Source: Anthoceros angustus (taxonomy: Eukaryota > Plantae > Anthocerotophyta). From it: DNA of 64,000 nt. The translations under genes were made by a program, and so were the position numbers. The stretch spans positions 124,001 to 188,000 of the forward strand of contig VJWM01000221.1 in assembly GCA_010909165.1 (NCBI GenBank), read 5' to 3'. Below, one piece after another: positions 43,972 through 56,648 of the stretch. Every line of letters starts with the position of its first letter. The stretch's first letter is position 1. The notes under the pieces are model-generated. The model was given only the letters and a program-made list of their open reading frames with translations. It ran no database searches and was not told where the DNA came from.

Positions 43972-46900
43972 ATGGGGGTGCCGGTGGATGGCAAAGTTGT
44001 CCGCGAACTGGAGCTGTACAAGTGGAGACCTTTCGCTTGGCGGCTGAATATCTGGACGTTTGCCGTGCTGTATGGTGCATGGATGGTCTTTCTTGTTCCA
44101 AGCCTGGACGTCACGGATGCAGGATTTGTTGTGGGGGGGTTGATATTGCTCCACATCCTGACGTTCCTCTTCACGGCGTGGTCTGTTGATTTTCGCTGCT
44201 TCGTACAAGCTAGCAGGGTTGGTCGTCAGCTCGCCTTACAGACTGAACTATCTTCGTGTCGTCTTCGGTTTGTTTTCACTTCTGCACATGGGTGAATGAT
44301 TTTGTGGAATGGTACAGGTTAAGGACGTCAGTGAGGCAGACATTTGTAAAGTAATACCCTCCAAATTTTCGGGTTCCAAGGAGGTTGTCCCTCTGGAACA
44401 TAAAAAACATGTTGGGGTGAGTTTGGTTGCGCATGCCAGTGCTTGGGCATATGGCTCATGCAGTGGTTCCTTTGGACTTCATGTTTTAACAGTAGGAGCT
44501 CATTCTCCTGGGGAATTTCGCGTCTGATTTGGGTTTCTGTTGCTCTGAATTTAAGGTTGGTAGTGAGGGTCTAGGCTCAAGGCAACTAGGAGGTTCTACT
44601 GTTGCGGAATTGGGTTTCGGGTTTCGAAAGCAACGTTTCATCTATCAAGAAGAGCATCATAGGTTCCGCAAGCTGGATTATCCATCGAAAGAGACATTTG
44701 GAAGCTACATGAAAAGCACAGGATATGGATCAGAGGCGAAGGCTCAAGCTGCCTTGGAAAAGTGGGGCAGAAATATGTACGTATAGATGTTTCTGGATGT
44801 GTGCATTTTGGGTCAGGTGAAGGGTAGCTATTACTTGAAGGAATCTGACATGTGTCTTGTTGGTATGTGTAGCTTTGAGTTTCCGCAACCCACGTTCCGA
44901 CAGCTTATGACAGAGCATATGCTGGAGCCCTTCTTTGTGTTTCAGGTCTGTGTGTCTAGGTTTTGACCATTGTTGCCGTCGCTGCAGAAGAATCCAAATT
45001 TTTATGCTAATACCTCTGGTTTTGTGGCAGGTCTTCTGTGTTGGCCTCTGGTGCCTTGACGAGTATTGGTACCACAGCCTCTTCACTCTTTTCATGCTCA
45101 TCTTATTTGAGTCAACGGTTGTGAACAGCCGCTTGAAAACTTTGACAGAGCTGAGACGGGTCCGTGTTGATACACAAACGCTGAATGTACACCGGGGTGG
45201 AAAGTTAGTGAACGTCCTTTGTCTTTGACACATCCTTTTGTGCTTCACCAACTTGTGGGTTAATATCTGATGAGATTCCGTCACTCGTTTGCTGACAATG
45301 TATCTGTGCTTCTTTGCTTGGGTCTCAGGTGGGTCAAGATGTCTGGGATAGATCTTCTCCCAGGCGATGTTGTGTCTATCGGCAGGCCGACAGGGGCTGG
45401 AAGTGAGGAGAGAACTGTTCCAGCAGATATGCTACTTATAGCAGGAAGTGTGATTGCAAATGAGGCGTTGCTTACAGGAGAATCCACACCCCAATGGAAG
45501 GTAGAGCCATCTGTCTTGAAATTGGGGGTGTCGGTGTTGAGTGTCGTAAGAATTGAACTTAAAATCGACCCTTGGTGGTGGCCAATTGGAATATAAAATT
45601 GTTCTTTTGCTTTTTGTTATTTTTCCTCAGGGACCTATTACAGGTAGGGAGGTAGGTGAGAGGCTGTCGATCAGGCGTGATAAAAATCATGTGTTATTCG
45701 GCGGTACCAAAATTTTGCAACATACTCCAGACAAGGTCTTCTCATTAGTGTTTCGTTCTGAAAGTGTGTCAGCTTTTTGAAGCTGTTGAGCAGAATTATC
45801 TCATCAGCAGATGTTTTTCTCCAAGTGCAGCAGGGATCAGTTTTGAAGGTTCCTGATGGAGGATGCTTAGCTGTAGTATTGCGCACGGGCTTTGAGACTA
45901 GCCAAGGAAAGCTTATGCGGACCATCTTATTTTCAACTGAAAGGGTATGTTTGTTGCGCTTCTGAATGTAGGCTGTAGATTACAGGAGAGTGTATTTGAG
46001 TACCTGCTTTACATTTGTGGGGAGAGCGCTCTAGCCATTGTGGGCAAGACATCTGCACAGCTGAGTTGTGGTGCGTTTGCAGGTTACGGCCAATAACTGG
46101 GAGAGCGGCCTCTTCATTCTCTTTCTTGTTGTCTTTGCTGTAATTGCTGCTGGGTATGTCTTGAAGCAGGTCAGTATTTTTGGACTGCATGCTGGATGGG
46201 CCTTTGACAACTTCTCTGTCTGGGTTCATGAAGTACCATGTGAGCTCTGGTATTGAGGTAACTTTTGCGTTGTGGCTTTGATGTTAGGGCTTGGAGGATC
46301 CAACGAGAAGTAAATATAAGCTGTTTCTGCATTGCACCTTCATCATCACATCCGTCATTCCTCCGGAGCTGCCAATGGAGCTATCCATTGCAGTTAACAC
46401 CTCCCTGCTTGCTTTGGCCAAAAGAGGAATATACTGCACAGAACCATTTCGTATCCCGTTTGCTGGCAAGGTATGTCATGAAATGGTCGTACATTTAGAT
46501 GTTATGTCCAAGAATATTGCTGGCCGTGGAGGTTTTAAGCTGGACCCTCAATTGGAAACGGATATCACCACATGTAGGTTGATGTCTGCTGCTTTGACAA
46601 GACTGGAACGCTGACAAGCGACGACATGGTATGTAGATGTGGTGCCCTTTTAGTGCCACTTGGTGTCTATGATCTGCTTTGTCCTGCTGGGTGCTCATGG
46701 CTGCCATTTTCCTTCCAGGAGTTTCGTGGTGTGGCTGGTGTGGAGGAAAGCTCTGAAGTGGTTGATGATGTTACAAAGCTGCCAGACCGTGCTGTTCATG
46801 TGCTAGCAGCATGCCATGCCCTTGTCTTTGTTGAGAACAAGCTTGTAAGTTCCAAAATTGTTGAAGTTGGAGGAGGCATTTGTAGTGTCGAGTCACAACT

Positions 46901-49877
46901 TTGACAGCATTTCTGTTGAATGTGATAAGGTTGGCGACCCGCTGGAAAAGGCAGGTCTGAATGGGATTGATTGGTCGTACACAGCGGATGAGAAAGCAGT
47001 GCCTCGCAAGTAAGGTTTAGAAGATGACATGTATTCATCTTATGTTTTCAAACCAATTAAAGGATGGCAATATCCAAGTAACTTGGTCACTGTCATCCTT
47101 CATGTGATGGTCAACACCTTCCTTCTGAAGGTGTGTGTGATGGTAAGGGTACCCTGGTTGGTTTTTTGATGTTCATCTTCAATTGTTGCAGGGGTTCTGG
47201 GCATCCAGTACAAATCCTGCAGCGGCACCATTTTGCGTCACATTTGAAACGTATGGCTGTAGTTGCACGCATCAATGAAACATTTGTTGCACTTGTGAAG
47301 GTAAAATCTGGGAACATCAAGAATCTAACAGCATGTACCCAATCATGAAATCAAACATGGCATGCTGACTATTGCCGATGTGCAGGGTGCGCCAGAAACC
47401 CTACAGGAGAGACTAGTGGAGTTACCTGAAGGCTACGTTGCAAAGTATAAGCACTATACACGGCAGGGTGCCAGAGTGCTGGCTTTAGCTTACAAGGAAC
47501 TGCCTGATATGCCTGTAAGTACTTTTACTGCTTGGATGGTTCAGTACTTAAAGTGTTTGGTTTAAGCAAGTATACAGTGCACAGGATGGCTAGTACTTGG
47601 ACCATGAAGACAAACTCCTTGTTTGTGGCAGGTGGGTGAAGCCCGAGACTTGGAACGGGATGTGGTGGAAAGCGATCTTAACTTTGCCGGTTTTGCGGTA
47701 TGTTGCATGCATTGATGTGAATGCGCTTCACAATCAAGATTCACAAGCAGGAAGAGTTGTGATTCTCGTTTCAATGCAGGTCTTTGCATGCCCTATGAGG
47801 AGTGATTCTGCAGAAGTGCTCAAGGAGCTGAAGGACTCTTCCCATGACCTTGTACGGTTCTACGGTGCAAACAGTCGTTTGGTGCTTTACCCCGGTTTAC
47901 TCCATAAAGCACGCGGTTCTAAGAAATGCTGTGATCATGGTATGCACTGTCTGTAGGTCATGATTACAGGGGACCAAGCCTTGACTGCCTGCCATGTTGC
48001 AGCTCAAGTTCACATTGTGTCTCGGCCAGTTTTGATTCTTACCCTAAAGAGAGGGATTTCAGGACCTGAAATATTCCAATGGATTTCCCCAGATGAGGTG
48101 GTGACAATTCCATTCAGGTGAGAACTGTTGCGTTGGGTGCTAAGTCAGTGGCACAGCAGGAGAAGTGCTTTGTAATCTGGGTGGCTGCTCGTTAAATCAT
48201 CATATGTGGTCTTCTATCAGTGAAGAGGAAGTTTATTCTTTATCTGCGGACCATGACCTCTGTATTGCGGGTGATGGCCTGGAAATGCTCCAACGGATTG
48301 ATGCCTTACATGATGTCATTCCTTTCACAAAGGTGCGCCTAGTTTGTCCTGCCCCGGAATGTGTAATTCTTCCCAGTGTTTCGTTGTCGCTTAAAATGCA
48401 TCTTGATGCAGGTATTTGCCAGGGTAGCACCAGACCAGAAGGAGCTTGTAATGACAACTTTGAAAGCTGCTGGTAGAGTTGCTCTCATGTGCGGGGATGG
48501 GACAAATGATGTTGGTGCTCTTAAACAGGTTCGAAATGGTTCAGTGTCTTGAGCACTTTTGGCCAGGTGCTTTAAGTGTGCAGGATCGTTGTATCATGAC
48601 TTACTGGAGAGAAACCATGCAGGCACAAGTGGGTGTCGCCCTTCTAAACGTGGTGACACCATCTACCACTGGACAGAAATCTCCTCCTGGAACTGCTACA
48701 GGTATTTCTCAGGAATACAGCTAGCCTGCACTGGTTGCTTTTGCAGGTTCTAGTTCTGTTGCCTCTTGGAATGCATCGATGTGAAGGAGTCTGCTTTTAT
48801 GTATACTTAGGTGTGGGCAAGGCAACTAAGAAGACGAAGAGTGCTATGAATGGTCCGGCTAGTACACCTCCAGCTGCGCCATCACCCTCGGGGTCAGGCC
48901 GCTCACCAAGACTCGGAGCACCTCCGAGTGGGCAACTCATTGCAAGCAGCTCAGGAGGAGCCCTTCAATCACCTACTGGGCGGCCACTGAATGCCGCTGA
49001 GATACAGAGGATGAAGCTGCAGAAGATGGTGGATGAGATGAACGACGACGGAGATGGTCGAACAGCCCCGGTTGTGAGGCTTGGTGATGCATCAATGGCG
49101 TCACCTTTCACAGCGAAGCATGCATCAGTTCGACCCACAACCGACATAATCCGGCAGGGAAGAAGCACTCTTGTGACAACGCTGCAGATGTTCAAGATCC
49201 TGGGGCTGAACTGCCTGGCGACGGCGTATGTCCTGAGCGTGATGTACCTGGACGGAGTGAAGCTGGGCGACGTGCAAGCCACCATTCTGGGCGTCTTCAC
49301 CGCAGCCTTCTTCCTGTTCATCTCCCACGCCAAGCCCCTGAACTCCCTATCAGCAGAGAGGCCACACCCCAACATCTTCAGCCTGTACGTGATCCTCTCC
49401 TTGCTGGGACAGTTTGCCATCCACCTAACCTTCCTCATCATCTCCGTCCGTGGAGCCAAGCAGTTCATGCCAGAAGAGTGCGTAGAGCCCGACTCGGAGT
49501 TCAGCCCCAACCTTGTCAACACAGTGTCCTACATGGCCAACATGATGATCCAGGTAGCCACCTTCGCTGTGAACTACATAGGCCATCCCTTCAACCAGAG
49601 CATCCGAGAAAACCGGCCCTTCTATTTCGCCCTGACCTCAGCCTTCATCTTCTTCACGGCCATCACTTCCGACAAATTCCGGAACCTGAACGACTGGCTC
49701 AGACTGGTGCCCCTCCCCCAGCCCTTCGGCCACAAGTTGCTGGCCTATGCCGGAGCCATGCTGGTGAGCTGCTATGCCTGGGAGCACATCCTGAGACTGC
49801 TGTTCCCCGTCAAGATGCCCAGTCTGAAGCCAAGGCAACGCAGAAAGGCCGTTGAAGGCAAGGATAAGGCTGTCTAG
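43972..49877 (+). CDS. PDR2: P5A-type ER P-type ATPase (PDR2/MIA/Spf1), many exons
   Basis: [14 protein letters not shown]; NEALLTGES; PPELPMELS; [13 protein letters not shown] (about 46590-46630); VKGAPE; MITGDQ; [14 protein letters not shown]; [11 protein letters not shown]; C-terminal TM segments. Confidence 0.97.
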
Positions 49878-52134
49878 ACCTCGTCATCAGCACGGGGCGG
49901 GCATGCTCCCCTTGCGAGAGCAGGATTCAAGTAGGAACAGAGCTCCAGTTTTACTCACTCCTGGTGCATAATTTTGCTTCTACCAGACTTGTAGATGTAC
50001 TTCATTCTCCTGCTATTTTGCAGGCCACTCAGAGTTGTCTCCCCCAATTCACTCAGAGTTGTCTCTCGCACAATGTTCCACCCGGTCTGAGTCCGGCAAC
50101 ATCATCACCCCTCTGGCCGCCGGTACATACATAACGTGACACATGGAAGCTGCTGCTACGGGCATTCCGTCTCTCGCTCACCCGTCCCCTTCGGTGGATG
50201 AATGCATATCTGGCTTGCATCCAGCTGTGACGAGCCCGCTTTTCACCTTTGTGACGGCAGTTGCGAGGACACAGCATGACCTCGTATGCACAAGCACCAG
50301 CGGCAGCAGCAGCAGTAGCAGGGGTGCAGGGCAGCCACTGCATCTGCTGCTTTTTCGGCACTACAGCCTGCCCTACCCTGTCCTGTGCCTGCCTGGCGCC
50401 TGTCGCCTGCCCCCAACTGATGAGGGAAACTGACTGCTGCCTGCCACCCCGGATCCCAATCCCGCTGCCCCAGGCCCTGCTCTGCCAGAGCGCCAGATTC
50501 CATATCCAGAAACAGCCTGCACTGCAATGCAGTTACCTCTAGCTACAGTACAGTACAGTCTGCTGCACCGCAGTATTTGCGCGTCGTACTACACTACCAC
50601 AGCTACTACCCTTTCTCCTTCCGTTTCCGGGCGCCGGCCAAAGCAGCGCGTCATCTGGAGTAACACTGAAGCCTCCCGCCACGCCCGACTTCCCTTCCGA
50701 TCATGCAATGTCCTGCCCTCACAGGCTCACAGGCTCACATGCAACCTGGCCCTCCCGCTCTCTCACTGCACGCCAGGTGCCACGAGCCGCCCCACGTCGC
50801 TACTGCTATTCTCGTTTTCACACTGCTAAGCTCCAGATCCCCGATTCCGCTAACGCGTCACGACGGACAGCGCACACCCCTCGGAGCGATCGGAACAGGA
50901 TTCGAACCCGCGCCATCTTCCTGGCGCGCAGACGCGGCAACCAGCACGCCAACCTGGAAAGCCACCAACCAATGTTCCGTCCGAGCATCTCCCACTGTAC
51001 CGCCCGCCAGTCCGCTCTGTCAGGCCAGCCCCGTCCCGTTCCGTTCCCACGGCCTGGCCGGGCCCCACCCCAGCCGTTTGAAAATTTGAACGCAGCCCGG
51101 GCGCCGGGCGGGGGAGCCCGGGCTCTTTCGCCACCTTTGCAGCTGGCCGCTTGTCGTTTCTCAACAGCCTCTCTTCCAAGTTAAGCTAACGACGTATGCA
51201 GTCACGCTGGAAACGGGAATCTGGCTCGTCAATGTCTGAAAATGCGTGGGAAAAGCACGCAAATAAAGGAAAATTCGTAAAGCAAATAGATATCGCGTCC
51301 TCCCCAGCCCCGCTCGGCTGGAGGCTGGAGCCGAGCCCGGCGCTGTGCGGAAAAAGCCAAGAAGGCCCGCTAGCTGGCACATGGGATGCCATGCCTGGCG
51401 CCGCGCTAATGCAATGAACTAACGCGGCTTAACAGCCGCCACCTCGTTAACTCAGCTGCGCCCGTTATTATATTATTGGCGTTACCATTATTTTTAGGGT
51501 GGCGTAAGTTGCCGGTTCCTGTTGGCCACGCCCTGGGGGAAGTTGGAACCCGGGAAGGCATGTGGTCGCGGGCCCGGGCTGCCCCCCAGCTGGCACTGCC
51601 CGGGGCTCCTCTTACGGACCCCTCGCCCGCTTCGCACATCACTCCCGCCTTCAGTCCTCTCTCTTCTGCCACTCCCGCCTGCCAGCGCCGAAGCCTGCTC
51701 CTGCGCCTGCCTTGTGCTACTGCCTTCTGCGCCTTCTCGCCGCTGCCTCAGCCTCGCGCGATCTCTTCCGCGCCAGCTCCCGCGGCCTCCTCCTCGTCGC
51801 GCGCCTCTGCCGGGTCGAGCTAGCGTCTGCTGCGGTGAGCGAGTGCAGCGTTCAGCGCTTTCTCGGCTTTCCGTGCTTCTGGTGCTTGAGGCGCTGTTTC
51901 GTTTGTGTTGTTTGAGGTTTGGTTGCATGCTGGTGCGGGAGTGGTGTGGAGAGGAGTTAATTTGGTAAGATTATGGAGAGCGGTAAGAGAGGACTTGTCC
52001 GGTGCTTGGTCCGAGCTCGGTCCGCGGTTTCTTATCGTGCGGCTTGTGTTGCCAGGTCGACAAGACAGCGGCGGGTACTTTCCGCTAAGGCGTAGCTGCT
52101 CTTCGGCTCTTTGCCGTACCGAATCTTTGCAGCA

Positions 52135-52568
52135 ATGGCCATGTTCAGGCGGATTGCTCTGATCGCCATGCTGGTCTTCCTCGTGGCTGCTGCATTCCCC
52201 GTGGCGCAGGCGGCACATGCCCCTGCTCCTGCCCCGGTTAGCGATGGTACGCTCTCCCTCTCGTGTTGCTCTGCTGTTAGGTTGGCGGCCTTGGTCTTGA
52301 TCGATCGGTTGGGCGGGATTTCGGTGTCCCTGTTGTGTTTTCTTCTAGTTTGAGACTCTTCAGTGATTTCTGCTGTTTCATGCACCGGCTTCGGTATCGG
52401 AAGATGTGCTCTTTGTCGCTTCGGCTGCTGTTAGCTGACTGAGATCCGGGTCTCCTTTCAGGGACTGCCCTTGGACAGGGCTTCGGCGTCGTTGCTTTGT
52501 TGGCGGCCTTCGTAGCCGTTTTCCTCGTTCAGCCGCTCGGCGCTTTCTCTTCCGGGTTTCTTCAGTAG
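52135..52568 (+). CDS. Arabinogalactan peptide (AGP16/20/22-type), 2 exons
   Basis: Exons 52135-52246 and 52462-52568 give MAMFRRIALIAMLVFLVAAAFPVAQAAHAPAPAPVSDG|TALGQGFGVVALLAAFVAVFLV...*: signal peptide, AP repeats, the SDGT motif split by the intron, and a hydrophobic GPI-type tail. Confidence 0.88.
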
Positions 52569-53819
52569 GCTGGAGTATTAGAGATCTTAAGGCGCCAATG
52601 AGGAAAAGGCGCCCTTATGTTATTTGTGCTTCAGGTCATTAATTTGAGAGCCGTCCAGCAGCAGACTGCGTCTGCAGAGCTGGTGGTTGAAGCTCAGTTT
52701 TCCTCCATTTATTCTTTTTGTGACATTTCAGAGCTGTGGTGCTCTTATTCTTGTATACAGCTTTCAGCTTTCATATTTCTGGTTCGCACGTTTTGTCTGT
52801 GTTGATGTTATGTATTACGGATTATGAATAATACAGGTTATTGAATAATATTTGCGTTGAGCAGACCTCAGTTTCTTGTTTCGGATGTTTGCACTGTGGT
52901 CCAACTTGGTTTTCGAGCTTTTCGCGTTTCTGAACGAGTGATTCTTGTTCATGTATCTGACCGCGTGGATCCGCAGTAGCTGGCCCTCTTAAAAGTTTGG
53001 AGAATACTCTATTATTGCAAGATGTTCGCCGGTCACTAACCGCATCCTTCCTGGCACGGACAGGACTGGGCCCCGAACTCACATATCGTACTTGTCACGG
53101 AATCAGGGCCGATAATATAACGAAAGAGTAAGAGGGATGCTCCTTTTCATTCCTTCGATCCAACGGCGATTTAATGATACAGTCGATCCCAAGAGGTAAA
53201 TTTCGAGTTTCGATCGGTCCCGAGGTGATCCAAGGCCGCCGGGAGATGTTTGGACGTTACAATTCCAGGCATTATGGTAAGCTTCTTTTCCTGTCGTGCT
53301 CAAAAAGGGGTCAGGGAATTAGATAGTAATGTCAATGGATGTGAGCTTGGCTGGTCAAAAACAATCACACCACACGGCCGGTGGCCGAGAAGTCACGACG
53401 CATATCGTCAGTGGGCAAAGTGTCTTTATTTCTAACGGTAAGAAAAGGGAAGTTGTCGATTATCTACGTTCGTACAACTCCTCGCTGAGTAAATATCACA
53501 TTCAACCATCTACCAAGAGAGAATTTGCACTAAGTTCAATTAAATTAGAGAGGCAAGTCGGGCAGTAAACTATGGGAGCTTAAAAGCCAAAATCTATGGG
53601 AGCTTAGAAGCCAAAACTAAAAAAAAGGCATTCATAAGATCACAAAATAGAGTAAAGGGCATGCTCTCATCACCCTGCTATCCAAACTCTTGGGGGCTTG
53701 GGGGAGAATTTGGACCTTGGCAAGGAGTTTCCAAGGTTTTATTAAGGGTTGCGCTTAAACCTATCACACCTGTAAGAACAGGATAGGTTCCTGTGTCTAT
53801 ATGGTGGCGGCAACAAAGC

Positions 53820-53970
53820 CACTTGCAGAGGGCGTTGGAAAACGCTGTTTTCATGGTTGAATCGCTTATAAAGGGCATTGGAAAATGCTATTTTCATGGT
53901 TGCATTGCTTGAAGAGGGCATGGAAAACGCATCGCTTGCATAGGGCGTTGGAAAATGTTATTTTTTTGAC
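53820..53970. repeat. Degenerate ~45-bp tandem repeat (gggc.ttggaaaa.gct.ttttcatggttg) x3-4
   Basis: The motif recurs near 53830, 53875, 53915 and 53943. A 25-bp doublet ctatgggagctta.aagccaaaa lies at about 53570-53617. Confidence 0.6.
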
Positions 53971-55979
53971 AGCTGCAAATGCGGGAGCGGTTGCTTTTTC
54001 AACTCCGGTGATAAGTGGGGCCTTCCCTATTCCATATTAGAACATCTTGGGAGCAGTAGACTTGAGAGCAGTAGGTAGCTCCAGGGCTAGTCCTAAGGGC
54101 TCTTTACCAGGCTGTTTTTTTACCACCTATGTTAGATGGAACTTCCCATCCCTCCGTATTTTATAAAGTCTCTATATTTCTTCCAAAATAGAGCAATGAA
54201 TTAGAGATGCAACTGCAACCGATCAAAATGCTACTCTCAACTAGTATATATAGTTGACCTAACTAAGATGATGGACAATATTTACAGCCTATCTAGATTA
54301 TTATTTTTCCAAAACCAAGCTTAACAATCACATAGATAAAACCTTTATCTCTCTCTTCTCGTCGCTCTTCTTTATTAGACCAAAGCACTAGGTTCTTTTT
54401 CTCTCTTTTGTGCCGCCACCCGTTCGCGTTACAGTTTCATCTCATTTCCTCGAAGTAGATAAAAAACCCCACCCGCAAACTGATTACCACCATAAATGTA
54501 TCAGATAGATTAGCAAATATGTTTGCTTCCACGAACCTTACTGCACACAAAACTGCATCTTGCACTCGTAATCGCGATGATATTAGCCGTAAGGGCGCCG
54601 CTATGTGACCAAGTTGCATATTGTTTAAGGTTTTTTAGTATCCCTTGCACTATGACATGAGCACCTGACTCATTCTGTGCTCGTTAGTCCACCTCTTAAC
54701 CTAAAATGTAAGTCACGTAACCTGCACATTTATGATTGTACCAAGTTTTCTGCTCACATCATATCAATTTCGTCGTATTGCTTTCATCACATTCTTCCTC
54801 CTTACATCAGAGCTGTGTTAGGTATCCACACATCCGTCAGGCACTCTAACACTCGTGCAATCTCATCATTCTTAACTCAACACACATATGTTTTACTGCT
54901 CCTAATGATGGTACACAAGGAAGACCAGCTACCAGCTACTAGACTCATCTCGATAGATGGTCTTATACTTCTGCGTCGCGCAATTTGCTCTTGCTCCAAC
55001 TCGGCTTCATGCTCTAGCGCGGCAATAGCAACCTTTAATGTGAGCTCAGTGCTCCTGTTCCCAACCCATCTCGTAGTAACTTTGCCCTAACAATTACTAT
55101 TTCTGCCACATGTAGAGAAACTACATAAAACGATCTCTGTTATGATTGCTATGAAACAATACACATTTATAACCAACCGAAAATGGTTATTCTCAATATT
55201 GGCACACCTCACCCTTGACTCTTTTGACCTCATCATAAATTTTTAAATCTAGATTTTACAAGTCTCTCACCCTCTTTTACACACACGCGGACTTCCCATA
55301 TGGTAAACATCGAAGAAGGAATATAATTTCATAAATTTATGATATACACATAAATGCATCTATGACTATATGAATGAAGAAAGATTTAAGAAGATGAATA
55401 TAAGAATAATATATTAAAATCCATAGTACTAAATTCAAGAAAAGGAAAGAAAAATAGAAGACAAAAGTGAACCATGTTTAATCTATACAATCATAAATTC
55501 TCGAGTCATACAAGATTGTTGAAAGAAGACAAAAAGAATAAATTGGAATGAATGACCTTTTGGTCATTCATTCCAAATGAATATTGTTAAGAGTATTTAT
55601 ACATGATGTGGTATTTCATGACACTCAATTACACTTCAAACTGCAATCGCAAATGCAATATATTTCACCGTTTTGGTGGGTCATTGACCCACTTCTTTCC
55701 CTCTAGATATTGTGTAGATTAAGATAGTCTTTAGAATGCATGATCTTCCTCATTTAGATACACTAGTAGGAGCTATGCATTAGCTAAGCTACATATGTAA
55801 ATCCACCATCTCAGTGAGTCATATTTCTGCTTTCCCTCTAGTATTCTGTAATACATATATCCTTTATCAAATTTTAAACGTTTTCAGAGCGGTAGAGGAG
55901 TTAAGTCTTTAGAACCTAAATCTTGATCTCTAGTCTTTATCTCAAAACCTACTTATATAAAGCAATCGATGTCTTCTTT

Positions 55980-56210
55980 GAACCTAGCTCCACATAGACC
56001 TCCACGTCTTTACAAGCTTTAGCTGTCCATATTTTCCTTGAATCTAGCTCCAAATCTTCCTTCAACCTAGTTCAGGGTCATCACATCTCATAGCTCCACA
56101 TCAACCTCCACGTCTCTATAAGCTTTAGCAAATGTCTTCCTTTAACCTAGCTCCAAATCGGTCTTAGCCCTTGCTCGGGGTTGTCACATCTCATAACCTA
56201 GCACTACAGG
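55980..56210. repeat. About 105-bp imperfect tandem repeat, x2+
   Basis: tagctccacat.acctccacgtct.ta.aagctttagc at about 55985 and 56091; gggt..tcacatctcata at about 56074 and 56179. Confidence 0.7.
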
Positions 56211-56648
56211 AGAAATATCGCTGTTTTCCCTCATAACTCACCTCCGGATCACGCTAAAAAGCGGAAGGAAGAGAGTTGCCCTTGCATGTTGTATCCTTTG
56301 ATGGGCAAGCCCATGCAGTTTGGATTACCGAAAGCACAGGCCTACTTTGATGTTTACGAAATAATAAATACTCAGCCACCATTCAAGTGTTACACCTTAG
56401 TATTCGTTAAACAATTAAATGCTCTACTCTCGTTTCTCCAGAAGAAAATCGCCACACACTCTTCTTTGGTAGCTAGCACAAAGGTCTGTCCGAGAACAAG
56501 AGCCATCGAACTCGACGTGCACATGCAGATTGCAGCGATACACTGGCTAGGACAGGTATGAGACAAAAAAGCATAAATCGACAACATGGTCCAACCGCAG
56601 CCTGATCTATCCATCGCCAACATGCTGGCATTGCTAGGCATTATGTTG

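Noticed and set aside
50053-50542. Short Cys/Ala-rich ORFs downstream of PDR2
   Set aside because: Driven by (GCA)n repeats; no recognisable product or splice structure.
50887-50958. Functional tRNA-Gly gene
   Set aside because: The acceptor stem does not pair, U33 is absent and there is no terminator. Kept only as a tRNA-like motif.
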